Shown here in pieces: positions 1 to 9,383 of a stretch of DNA of 64,000 nt. This DNA is from Spirochaetia bacterium. Lineage in GTDB: Bacteria > Spirochaetota > Spirochaetia > DSM-16054 > Sediminispirochaetaceae. The notes beneath the pieces were generated by a model, which was given only the letters and a program-made list of their open reading frames with translations, did no database searches and was not told the origin of the DNA. The translations under genes were made by a program, and so were the position numbers. The DNA lies in assembly GCA_034520965.1 (NCBI GenBank), contig JAXHMY010000002.1:32001-96000 (forward strand), written 5' to 3'. Each line of letters opens with the position of its first letter. Position 1 is the first letter of the stretch.

Positions 1-1285
1 CTTCTTCGGTAATGCGATGAAGAAAATCGTTCAGCTTATCTTCAGAATTTCTATCTGCGGCGATTACTGTAAGTGCATATACCGGATGGGGAAGGGCTAA
101 GGGCTTCAGACGAATGCGTCGTTCGGGAGAACAGAGGGTATCATTGGTGTGAAGTGATTCTACCTTCGTTATAACCCCGATGTCACCGGCAACCAGCTCT
201 TTTACCTCATTAAGTTTTCGCCCGTTGGCTTTGAACACTTTTGTGATTTTCTCTTTTTTATCTTCCCGATAATTTAAAGTTTCTGTATCAGCCGACAATA
301 CACCGTCAATCACCTTGATAAAAGAAAGTTTACCGGAGAATTGGTCAATGCTTGTTTTAAACACAATGCTACAGAAGGGTTCGTCCGAGCTGAAGGGCAG
401 TTCAATTTCATTTTCTTCTTTGTCAAAGGCCAATTCTTTATATGTTGCCGGAGAAGGGGCGTTATTTATCAGAAAATTGAGAAGGGAAGTTACTCCATTG
501 TTCAACTCAGCACTTCCACAAAGTACCGGTACTATCTTATTATCTCGAAGTCCTTCCAACAATCCTTTACGTATTTCATCTTCAGTAAGCGTTCCCTCTT
601 CAAAGTACTTTTCCATAAGTTCATCGTCGCCTTCGGCAGCAGATTCGATCATGGTTAAACGATACTCTTGAACCTGTTCCATCATGTCGTCGGGTATTTC
701 ACTTGGTTGATCCTTGGCAACCTTGTCATGAACTAGATACGCTTTGTTTTCAATAAGATTTACAACCCCCTTGAAATCGGTGCCGCTTCCTATTGGAATT
801 GTCACAGGAACAAAGGTTTTATCAAACTTCTCATTTAAGTCGCTGAAGGTTGTATCAAAACTGGCCCTGTCTACATCCAGCCTGTTGATAAATACAGTAC
901 GGGGCATCTTTCTGTTATCCAGACGTCTCCATAGCTTTATTGTTTCAATCTGAACACCAGAACGTGCTCCTACTACCATCAAGGCCGACTCAGCTGCTCT
1001 CAGGGTTGCAACTACTTCACCAACAAAATCTGCGATACCCGGAGTATCCAGAAGGTTCAATTCATGGTCATTCCATTCAACATGTGCAAGCGCTGTATGA
1101 ATTGAAATTTGACGTTCAATTTCTTCATCAGTATAGTCACTTACTGTTTTGCCTGTATCAGTTGCCTCGGCTTTGGGAATAACACCACCATTATACAATA
1201 TTTGTTCTAATAAGGTGGTTTTCCCGGTGCCGCTGTGCCCAATGATAGCTACGTTTTTAATGTCAGCGGTGGTAAAACTCATCAT
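1..1285 (-). CDS. Elongation factor G-like protein (divergent EF-G II type); 3' part runs off the window
   Basis: Manual translation from ATG at 1285 (RBS AAGGAG upstream) gives MMSFTTADIKNVAIIGHSGTGKTTLLEQ...EIERQISI...LLDTPG...FINRLD...DQFSGKLSFIKV. The frame is open to position 1. It is absent from the ORF track because no stop lies in the window. Confidence 0.9.
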   Translation of the reverse strand, partial: MMSFTTADIKNVAIIGHSGTGKTTLLEQILYNGGVIPKAEATDTGKTVSDYTDEEIERQISIHTALAHVEWNDHELNLLDTPGIADFVGEVVATLRAAESALMVVGARSGVQIETIKLWRRLDNRKMPRTVFINRLDVDRASFDTTFSDLNEKFDKTFVPVTIPIGSGTDFKGVVNLIENKAYLVHDKVAKDQPSEIPDDMMEQVQEYRLTMIESAAEGDDELMEKYFEEGTLTEDEIRKGLLEGLRDNKIVPVLCGSAELNNGVTSLLNFLINNAPSPATYKELAFDKEENEIELPFSSDEPFCSIVFKTSIDQFSGKLSFIKVIDGVLSADTETLNYREDKKEKITKVFKANGRKLNEVKELVAGDIGVITKVESLHTNDTLCSPERRIRLKPLALPHPVYALTVIAADRNSEDKLNDFLHRITEE

Positions 1286-1307
1286 GTTCTCCTTTTATGA
1301 AATTGGG

Positions 1308-1397
1308 ATTATATACTTTAAAATCAGTTTGGAGAGTTGTCAATAAAAAAGTAATGGTTCAAACCATGGGGAATTGAAGCAGGGAGTCGAATTACCC
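1308..1397 (+). repeat. Left copy of the long direct repeat (IS1634 target-site duplication)
   Basis: 1307-1387 is identical to 3362-3442 (81 bp). Similarity continues to 1397/3453 with one indel and one substitution. Confidence 0.9.
1315..1343 (-). promoter_or_regulatory. sigma70-type promoter of the EF-G II-like gene
   Basis: Minus strand TTGACA (1343-1338), 17-nt spacer, TAAAGT (1320-1315), about 30 bp upstream of the ATG. Confidence 0.6.
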
Positions 1398-3362
1398 CCC
1401 TAGTTCTGCAGCCCTTTAAATAATCCGACAAAATATTTTTCTTTCCCATAACAACATAGGGGAGATTTTTTTTAAATTTAACAACATATAATAGTTGCGT
1501 TGTGTTACGTTTTGTGCTATGCTCTTTTTATAGGGGAGGGGGCAGCATGTATTTGAAAAAAAGCACCTCGTCAAAGACAGGGCGTACGCAGCTTTCAATT
1601 GTGCACGGGTTTCGTGACAGCCAGGGAAAAACAAGGCAGAAAACGATTATGAGCCTTGGATATCTTGATGTGTTGGAAAAACAGTACGATGAGCCCATCG
1701 CTCACTTTGAACAGGTTGCAGAGCAAATGGATCAAGCTCGAAAGAGGAGAACCACACCATCGACCTTTCCATCTCTCCTCACTCGACTTTACCTCTCGGC
1801 ACTGACAACAGAAAGAACTTCGGCCATGTGGTCTTCTCTCATCTCTACCACGAAATGGAGCTGGACTATTTCATCAACAACCGCAGGCGCTACACCGATG
1901 CTCAGTACAATCACAACGCAATTTTCAAGATGCTCGTTTATTCCCGCCTCCTTGCCCCCGGCTCAAAGAAACGGGCATTTGAAAAGCGGAATATGCTCTT
2001 CGATAAAATGGATTTCTCCCTCGATGACGTATACCGCTCTCTTTCCTTCTTTGCACAATTCAAGGATCCGATGCTCCTGGCCATACATAAGCGGATTAAA
2101 AAGCTCTACGGCCGGGATACTTCACTGGTCTACTACGATGTGACCAACTACTACTTCGAGATATCTAAGCAGGATGAGCTCAGGCGTAAAGGGGTCTCTA
2201 AAGAACACAGGCCTGATCCGATCGTCCAGATGGGGCTGTTCATGGACACCGACGGTATTCCGCTGACCTACGGCTTGTATCCGGGAAATATGCTCGACAA
2301 GCAAACCCTCATTCCGATGATTCATCAGATCCGTAAAAAGTACGAACTGGGGCGGTTTATCGTGGTCGGCGATAGGGGAATGATCTCCGGGGATAACATT
2401 CGCCGGATTCTCATTGACCGTTGTGGGTACGTGCTCAGTTATTCAATACGGGCTGCTGATGCAGCCTTTAAGGAATATGTGCTTGATCAGAGTGAGTACC
2501 GGGAGATCGGCCGGGAAGGGTTCAAGATCAAGTCGCGCATCTACCCCAGAGAGATTTATGTCTCTACGCTGCAAGGCAAGAGACAGAAGATTTCGGTCAA
2601 TGAGAAGCATATTGTGTTCTACAGTCCTGACTATGCCAAGAAAGCAAAGGCGGACCGAGAGGCGGTGTTGTCGAAAGCGCAAAAACTCATCTCATCTCCT
2701 GCCGCCTATGCCAAAGCAAACTCCTATGGGGCTGCCAAATATGTGAAAGACCTCACCTTCTCCCCATCCTCCGGTGAACTGGTCGGTGATGCTAAACATT
2801 TCCTCATTGCCGATAAGGATGCTCTTGCCGAAGAAGAAAAATACGATGGCTATTACGCTATTGTAACCAGTGAGCTTGATAAGGAGGATGAGAACATCGT
2901 CGAGATCTACCGGGGACTTTGGAAGATAGAGGATTCTTTCAGGGTCACTAAAAGTGATCTTGAGACCCGTCCGGTGTACGTCTCCCGAGAAGATCACATC
3001 GAAGCACATTTTCTCAGCTGTTTTGTAGCTCTTGTGCTATTACGGTTGTTGGAGAAAAGACTCGGGTGCAAGTACCCTGTACAGAAGATACTCCAAAGCC
3101 TAAGGCGCAGCTCATGCTCACTATTGGAAGAGAATATGTATCTGTTTGATTATTATGACCAGGTGCTCTCGGATATCGGAGAGACTATGAGCATCGACTT
3201 TAGCCGAAAATACCGAACTGCCGGAGAAATTAAAAAAATCTTCGGCAGATCCAAAAAAAAGGGCTAAAACACAACAGTCTTGTGTTTTTAGTGCCCCCAT
3301 GCAATTTGTTATAAAGTAGTTAGTTACGACTCATATTTTGCTTTTTAGCTGCAAAAGTCGAG
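1398..3362 (+). mobile_element. IS1634-family insertion sequence
   Basis: Contains a transposase. Imperfect 15-bp terminal IRs: CCCTAGTTCTGCAGC (1398-1412) versus CTCGACTTTTGCAGC (reverse complement of 3348-3362). Flanked by a ~90-bp direct repeat. Confidence 0.85.
1547..3267 (+). CDS. IS1634-family DDE transposase, one frameshift near 1741
   Basis: N-terminus MYLKKSTSSKTGRTQLSIVHG joins ORF 1828-3267 if one A is added near 1741. Motifs YYDVTNYYFE, GVSKEHRPDPIVQMGL, VVGDRGM and YRGLWKIEDSFRVTK. Confidence 0.9.
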
Positions 3363-3453
3363 ATTATATACTTTAAAATCAGTTTGGAGAGTTGTCAATA
3401 AAAAAGTAATGGTTCAAACCATGGGGAATTGAAGCAGGGAGTTCAAATTACCC
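3363..3453 (+). repeat. Right copy of the long direct repeat
   Basis: Matches 1308-1397. Confidence 0.9.
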
Positions 3454-4681
3454 CCTCTATTAGAGTGTACCCACACTTTATTTTAGAGGAGGCCTGCCAA
3501 TGCTTATCCCCCATTTTGTCCCCATTCCGAATGTGAATATCACACCCAGCCACCTGACCACGGGCGCTGGTACTACACCAATGGCAGCTACAGACCCTGG
3601 CCCATGGGACGGTCACCCGTTTCAAATGCCTCGGATGCGGAGGAGGCTTTAGCGAGCAAACCTTCCGCCTGGACTACTATGTAAAGAGAAAGCTCGACTA
3701 TCAGGTGATTTTCGATCATATGACCAACTGCGGGGGAGTGCGTAAAACCGCCCGTATAATGGAGGTCAGCCACCAAGCGATCATCAACCGCTTGGGCCGC
3801 CTCGCCCGCCAGGCCATTGCCCTGCAGGCGGATATCCTCCAGGACTATGTTCCCTGCGAGGATCTGGTCACCGACGGCTTCGAGAGCTTTGTCAGCGATC
3901 AGTTCCAGCCGAATAACATTCACATCCTGGCCGGCAAGAGTTCACAGTTCTTTATCACCTTTGACTATGCCCATTTGCGGCGCAAGGGAAAGATGACCGA
4001 ACTGCAGAAGGCCGAACGTGACCAGCGGGAGAGGCACTACATCCGCAAGAGAATCTCCATTAGTCAGTCCTTCCTGCAGATTGTCGATTTGGTCGAGCAA
4101 TATGCGCAGAAGCGGCGACTCACCTGCCTTTACAGCGATGAGAAGCTCGAGTATCAAAGATTGGTCATGGGTTCGGATGTGCTCCAGAGCCTAAAAAGCG
4201 AGGGGAGGTTTGAGCATGTGAGAATCTTCTTCCCTTTTGGCGCGCACCATCGACAATCCACTTTTTTCTGTCAACTATCTGGACAGGCAATTTAGGAAGG
4301 ATAATGCCAATTATGTGCGCGAGACGGTCCGCTTCTCCCAGAATGTGAATAACTGTCTTGAGCGCATGGCGGTCTACCAGCTGTATCAGAATTATTTTAA
4401 GCCCTTTCGCATCGGAGATCCATTTCTTCAGAACTTCTCCCATGCCGAGGTGGCCGGTGTGCCCCGGGGTAAAATCGCGAGAGGGCTGCGGGGTATCTTT
4501 ACCATGCGCAAGTTCTACACGCATGTAAAGCTCAACTGGTCACAGCTGATGGTATGGGCACGGATGACCGGAACCCTGGATAAGTTCGACGGGATGTACT
4601 GGCCCAAATATGTGTGGATGTAACCTCCCTTACTCGCAGCCGGCGTGTGAAAAATTGGATCCCCCATGGTTTGAACCATTA
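3407..4681 (+). mobile_element. Unclassified IS1-like insertion sequence with 20-bp perfect terminal IRs
   Basis: TAATGGTTCAAACCATGGGG (3407-3426) is the exact reverse complement of 4662-4681. The IRs enclose one frameshifted, relatively GC-rich transposase-like ORF. Confidence 0.8.
3500..4623 (+). CDS. Putative DDE-type transposase (Zn finger, HTH, RNase H-like core); frameshifts near 3510, 3600 and 4230
   Basis: RBS GAGGAGG precedes ATG 3500. Reconstructed sequence FCPHSEC...RFKCLGCGGGFSEQTFRLDYY...GVRKTARIMEVSHQAI...VTDGFESF...YSDEKLEY...NPLFSVNYLDRQFRKD spans ORFs 3705-4295 and 4237-4623. Confidence 0.7.
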
Positions 4682-6706
4682 ATCTTTTTTCGCAAAATGG
4701 GAGAACTCCATCCCAAATGTCCCGCGCCCCTGGGTAATACTACGAAGAGCGGTCGAATAGCCGAACATCTGCGCCAAGGGAACAGAGGCTCGTACATGTT
4801 CCATGCTAGGCTTGCTTTCAAGACTTTCAATCAAGCCGCTGCGGCCAGTTAGATGGCTCATCACATCGCCTATAAATTCTTTTGGTGCCATTACATCAAC
4901 ATGCATTACCGGTTCCAGCAGGATCGGCTCGGCTTTCCGGCAGGCAGCATCGAAACCAAGGGAGCCGGCAGCTTCATAGGCAAAACTGGTGGCTGTCTGT
5001 TCGTCATATTCAGCATCAACCAGTGTCGCTTTAATATCAATAGACGGGTAGCCATACATAATGCCGGAGGAAAATGCGTTTTTTACCCCCCTTTCTACAG
5101 CGTCTTGATGCTCTCGGGGCAGTACCTTTTCATCGATATTACACACATACTGATCACCCTCGCCTCGGCTAAGTGGTTCTACCTTCAAGGTAATTCTTGC
5201 ATTGTTCTCCTTACCGGCAACAATTTTATGGAACTCTTCGGTATGAGTGGCTGTCTTTGAGATAGACTCACGGTAGGTGACCTGTGGGTTTCCTATCTTG
5301 GCATCTACCTTGAAGTCTTTCATGACTCGCGTTACCAGCACATCCAGATGCAGTTCACCCATACCGGAAATTATCAGCTGCCCGGTTTCTTCGTTTTCTT
5401 TTACAATAAAAGTGGGATCTTCTTGTTTAAGCAGCTCTAAGACCTTTTTCAGTTTCGCCTGGTCGGAAATGGTTTTAGGCTCGATGGCCACGTGAATAAC
5501 CGGCTCCGGGAACTGCATCTTTTCCAATAGAATTTTTTTTCCTTCCGATCCAATCGTATCTCCGGTTTGGGCAAGCTTAAAGCCGACTATCACTGCAATA
5601 TCACCTGCGCTTACCTTTTCCAGGGGCTCATTCCGGTTGGAGTGCATGCGAAGTATTCGGTTTACCCGTTCCCGTTTGTTTTTGGTAATATTGTAAATTG
5701 CAGTACCTTTTTTAATTTCGCCGCGGTACATTCGAATGAAACTCAATGAGCCTGCTTCCCGATCAGCTTGAATTTTAAACACTAGTCCCAGGGGCTGCTC
5801 TTTTTCATCCGCCTCGACGACTACCGTTTCCTCTGTTTTTACATCGATTCCATGAATCGGAGGGGCTTCCCAGGGAGATGGGAGATAATCAAGCACTCCA
5901 TCTAACAGCGGTTGCACTCCAATGTTTTTTAAGGATGCTCCCACAAATACCGGCACTATGGTCCTATTAAGAGTTTGAGTACGGATCGCCTGCTGGAGCA
6001 TTTCAACCGGGATATCCTTTCCTTCAAGATAAAGATCGGTAATATTTTCAGCGTAGGCAGAGACAGTATCGATTAGGTGTTCACGCCATTCCCCGGCTTT
6101 GGCTTTCCACTCCTCGGAAATTGGGCTGCGCTTCACCTCACTGCCGTAAGAGGTAGCTTCGAAATTTACTTCTTCCATACTCACCAGGTCGATTATGCCA
6201 TAAAAATCACCCTCCTTGCCCATCGGCAGGTATAATGGTAGGGGATTTGCATTTAGCTTTTCGGATATCTCTTCAACTACTGCATAAAAATCGGCACCCA
6301 GACGGTCCATTTTGTTTATATAGGCAATTCGTGGAATTTTATAGTAATCGGATTGATGCCATACTGTCTCCGATTGCGGTTCGACTCCTCCAACCGCACA
6401 GAATATACCAATAGCACCGTCCAACACCCGCAGAGATCGTTCAACCTCGGCGGTAAAATCCACATGCCCCGGGGTATCGATAATATTTATTTGGCAATCC
6501 TTCCAGAAACAGGTAGTTGCCGCGGAGGTAATTGTGATCCCACGGTTCTGTTCCTGTTCCATCCAGTCCATTACCGCCTCGCCGTCGTCGACCTCACCAA
6601 TACGATGACTTTTTCCTGTATAATATAAAATACGCTCGGTAGTTGTTGTCTTTCCGGCATCGATATGAGCCATGATTCCTATATTGCGCATAAATTTATG
6701 TGCCAT
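4679..6706 (-). CDS. fusA: Elongation factor G
   Basis: Motifs [37 protein letters not shown] and PQVTYRE. Likely start is ATG 6706. Confidence 0.95.
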   Translation of the reverse strand: MAHKFMRNIGIMAHIDAGKTTTTERILYYTGKSHRIGEVDDGEAVMDWMEQEQNRGITITSAATTCFWKDCQINIIDTPGHVDFTAEVERSLRVLDGAIGIFCAVGGVEPQSETVWHQSDYYKIPRIAYINKMDRLGADFYAVVEEISEKLNANPLPLYLPMGKEGDFYGIIDLVSMEEVNFEATSYGSEVKRSPISEEWKAKAGEWREHLIDTVSAYAENITDLYLEGKDIPVEMLQQAIRTQTLNRTIVPVFVGASLKNIGVQPLLDGVLDYLPSPWEAPPIHGIDVKTEETVVVEADEKEQPLGLVFKIQADREAGSLSFIRMYRGEIKKGTAIYNITKNKRERVNRILRMHSNRNEPLEKVSAGDIAVIVGFKLAQTGDTIGSEGKKILLEKMQFPEPVIHVAIEPKTISDQAKLKKVLELLKQEDPTFIVKENEETGQLIISGMGELHLDVLVTRVMKDFKVDAKIGNPQVTYRESISKTATHTEEFHKIVAGKENNARITLKVEPLSRGEGDQYVCNIDEKVLPREHQDAVERGVKNAFSSGIMYGYPSIDIKATLVDAEYDEQTATSFAYEAAGSLGFDAACRKAEPILLEPVMHVDVMAPKEFIGDVMSHLTGRSGLIESLESKPSMEHVRASVPLAQMFGYSTALRSITQGRGTFGMEFSHFAKKD

Positions 6707-6850
6707 TCGGTATCCCCTTGTTATGTTCATTAACTAAAAGTATTTAGGTTCTATCAAGTATATAAAAAAAAATGGAACGTGAAAAGCTGTAATTTCTTTT
6801 GGATGAGAAATCTGCTTGGCAGACCGAAATATTTTTTAGAATTCCTGGTA

Positions 6851-6879
6851 TTGACACTTCTTTCGCTATTTGATAGATT
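6851..6879 (+). promoter_or_regulatory. sigma70-type promoter of tRNA-Val
   Basis: TTGACA (6851-6856), 17-nt spacer, TAGATT (6874-6879), just upstream of the tRNA. Confidence 0.7.
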
Positions 6880-6893
6880 CCACTCATCAGTTC

Positions 6894-6966
6894 GGGTGGT
6901 TAGCTCAGTTGGGAGAGCGCCTGCCTTACAAGCAGGATGTCACTGGTTCAAGTCCAGTACCGCCCA
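6894..6966 (+). tRNA. tRNA-Val(TAC), CCA not encoded
   Basis: Acceptor stem GGGTGGT/ACCGCCC, D arm AGCTCAGTTGGGAGAGC, anticodon arm CCTGC-CTTACAA-GCAGG, T arm with GGTTCAAGTCC. Confidence 0.97.
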
Positions 6967-7000
6967 TTCTTAATTGCCTATTGCATAACAATTTAGAATT

Positions 7001-7029
7001 AAGCAGCCTGAACCGGGCTGCTTTTTTTT
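7001..7029 (+). terminator. Rho-independent terminator after tRNA-Val
   Basis: Hairpin AAGCAGCCTG-AAC-CGGGCTGCTT followed by a T run. Confidence 0.85.
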
Positions 7030-7116
7030 GTGCCAGTTAAATGTCCAGCTAAATGCCCCTCACGTGGAGTTTATAAAAAAGTTGCACCATTACGAATTCT
7101 TTATTAAAGTAACAGC

Positions 7117-8238
7117 GTGAAAAGAAAACAAACTGGAGCCCTAAAAAGCTGTACCTTTCTCATCAATCCGACCAGGCAACCTTCGTCGGTAAGGGTTCTA
7201 AAAAAAATCCTTAAAAAACGGACCTCCGCAGAGATAATCGAAACCAGCAATCGGGAAGAACTAAGCAACGAGGTGGTGAAGTTTTGCAAGGGGCCAGGGG
7301 AAAACCTTGTTATCTGGGGCGGAGATGGGACGGTCCATGATGCGATCAACGCCATGATGATCCACCCTCCCCAAGGAAAAGCCCTCGGTTTTCTTCGCGG
7401 CGGTACCGGTAACGGCATTCAGGATTCATATGAAATTCCCTGGAGAATAAGTCGTCAAATTGAAACCTACATCAAGAGTGCGGATAATAGATTTTATGAA
7501 GCTGTGGACCTGCTCAAAATAGAGACAAAACAAAAAGCTTTGTACGGGCAGCTGGTAGGTGTTGGTGTTGATGCAGATATTTTAAGGCTAAGAAATGATC
7601 AATTTGTATCTGTTACGGACACAGCCAAAGACACAGCAACAGCAACAGCCACCACCGCCGCAGGTATTAGGTTTTACATTGGTGCTGGTCTCAAGGTACT
7701 CAGAACCTTCGATTTTAAAGAAGTAAAAAGTAAAACCCTCACCTTTACTAATGGCAAGTATGCACTGAAAGGTGGTAAGATCAATGCCGAATTTCCCTTT
7801 AAAACCTTGGTGCGCGGCACAAAATCTACTTTAGTTGAAATTGGTACCCGTCCGTACTATGGAAAAGGTTTCAAAATTTGTCCGGATGTAGTGTGTAACG
7901 ACGGTAAAATGGATGCCTATTTATTTCAATTTACCAATCATTTTTCGGTTATTCGGAATATTGTTTCGGTTTGGAACGGCTGGCACGATAGGGTTAATCG
8001 ACATTTGGTTAAAGCCGGGTATCCTCTGATTGAACGTTACGAGGTTGAATCTACCGTAATCCGGATGGAAAAACCCTTTTCTTTCCATGTAGATGGAGAA
8101 CTGTATCATACAGGTCCTGACGCTGAGATTAGAATTTCTATTATGCCGCAAGTAGTAAACTTTTTAGTGCCTGAGCACTTTTACCGAAAATTTCACCCCT
8201 TCTTCTTTGAAGAGGCTGGAGTAAACATCCATAAGTAA
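7117..8238 (+). CDS. Diacylglycerol/lipid kinase family protein (DAGK/YegS-like)
   Basis: Motifs LINP, WGGDGT, GGTGN, GVGVDA, YYGKG and FHVDGE. Confidence 0.85.
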   Translation: MKRKQTGALKSCTFLINPTRQPSSVRVLKKILKKRTSAEIIETSNREELSNEVVKFCKGPGENLVIWGGDGTVHDAINAMMIHPPQGKALGFLRGGTGNGIQDSYEIPWRISRQIETYIKSADNRFYEAVDLLKIETKQKALYGQLVGVGVDADILRLRNDQFVSVTDTAKDTATATATTAAGIRFYIGAGLKVLRTFDFKEVKSKTLTFTNGKYALKGGKINAEFPFKTLVRGTKSTLVEIGTRPYYGKGFKICPDVVCNDGKMDAYLFQFTNHFSVIRNIVSVWNGWHDRVNRHLVKAGYPLIERYEVESTVIRMEKPFSFHVDGELYHTGPDAEIRISIMPQVVNFLVPEHFYRKFHPFFFEEAGVNIHK

Positions 8239-8297
8239 AAGCTTCACAAGTAAGTCAATCTCTTTACAGGCAACTATCCAGGCTATATTATGTCGAT

Positions 8298-8984
8298 ATG
8301 AGCGATATAGAGAAAAATATTTACGAGATACGCGATAAAATTGACGAGGCTGCCAAAAAAGCCGGGCGTTCCGGCAAAGATGTTCAGCTCATGGCTGTAA
8401 GCAAAACTAAAACCCGTGAGCAGGTTGAGGCGGCCTACCAGGCAGGGTTGCGCTTGTTTGGCGAAAACAGGGTACAGGAAGCCTATGAAAAATATGAGGG
8501 GTTTCATTCGGATGCAAGTCTCCATTTGATAGGACACCTTCAAAGCAACAAAGCCAAGCAGGCGGTGGAAATTGCCTGTTGTGTTCAATCAATTGATAAG
8601 CTTAAAACAGCTCGGGAACTTGAAAAGCGCTGCGCCGCAGTCGATAAGCAGATGGATATTTTTATGGAGTTTAATACATCGGGCGAAGATTCGAAAAGCG
8701 GGTATCTTTCCAAAGATTCTATGTATGCCGATATAGAGCAGATAGCATCATTTCCGCACTTGCATATCAGAGGTTTAATGACCATCGGTCCTTTTACCGA
8801 CGACATCGATGCGGTTCGGAGGGCCTTTGCTCTGCTGAAAAGTTATTATGAGGAGAGCAAGGAACGCTTTCCTGAGCTGCCGATCGATCAGCTTTCGATG
8901 GGCATGACTTCAGATTTCGAAACTGCAGTCGAGGAGGGCTCCACGATGGTGCGTATAGGAACGGCACTGTTCGGGTCCCGTTAG
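8298..8984 (+). CDS. yggS: Pyridoxal phosphate homeostasis protein (YggS family)
   Basis: Motifs MAVSKT, FGENRVQE, HLIGHLQSNK, LSMGMTSDF and VRIGTALFG. Confidence 0.95.
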   Translation: MSDIEKNIYEIRDKIDEAAKKAGRSGKDVQLMAVSKTKTREQVEAAYQAGLRLFGENRVQEAYEKYEGFHSDASLHLIGHLQSNKAKQAVEIACCVQSIDKLKTARELEKRCAAVDKQMDIFMEFNTSGEDSKSGYLSKDSMYADIEQIASFPHLHIRGLMTIGPFTDDIDAVRRAFALLKSYYEESKERFPELPIDQLSMGMTSDFETAVEEGSTMVRIGTALFGSR

Positions 8985-8990
8985 TTCAGC

Positions 8991-9383
8991 ATGAGTGTAC
9001 GAGCAAGGTCACTATTACTGTGCACATTACTTGTGGCTCTTTTCTCCTCTCCCCTGTATGTCTGGGGACAAAGCGATGAGTATGAGGCTTATAAACCGGA
9101 TGAGTTTCCCGAGTGGGCCCATTCTGTGAGGAGGTTTGAAACCATCTTTTTCGGTTCGCTGCCGTTTACATTTTTGTTCAGTTCCTTGGGGTTTGATATG
9201 TACGCGTACTCTTCCAGCGGCTTTCAGCAGGAGTACTTACCCCTTTTTTTAGGAACATCCCCGGAGAAGGAAGAGTTTACCAGAGATACTAGATTGCAAA
9301 AAATAGGAGTAAGTATATCACTTTCGCTGCTTATAGCGTTGGTGGATCTTATTATTGATACACAAAAAAATGCAGAAAACTAA
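8991..9383 (+). CDS. Hypothetical membrane protein
   Basis: Signal-peptide-like N-terminus and two hydrophobic segments; packed between yggS and rluD. Confidence 0.7.
   Translation: MSVRARSLLLCTLLVALFSSPLYVWGQSDEYEAYKPDEFPEWAHSVRRFETIFFGSLPFTFLFSSLGFDMYAYSSSGFQQEYLPLFLGTSPEKEEFTRDTRLQKIGVSISLSLLIALVDLIIDTQKNAEN

Noticed and set aside
315..1346. Plus-strand ORFs listed at the start of the window
   Set aside because: They are antisense shadows of the EF-G-like gene on the minus strand.
1738..1750. Programmed ribosomal frameshift in the IS1634 transposase
   Set aside because: No canonical slippery heptamer is present, the family normally uses a single ORF, and similar indels occur throughout the window.
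6894..8238. Genomic island integrated at tRNA-Val
   Set aside because: There is no integrase, I saw no duplicated tRNA 3' end, and housekeeping genes follow.
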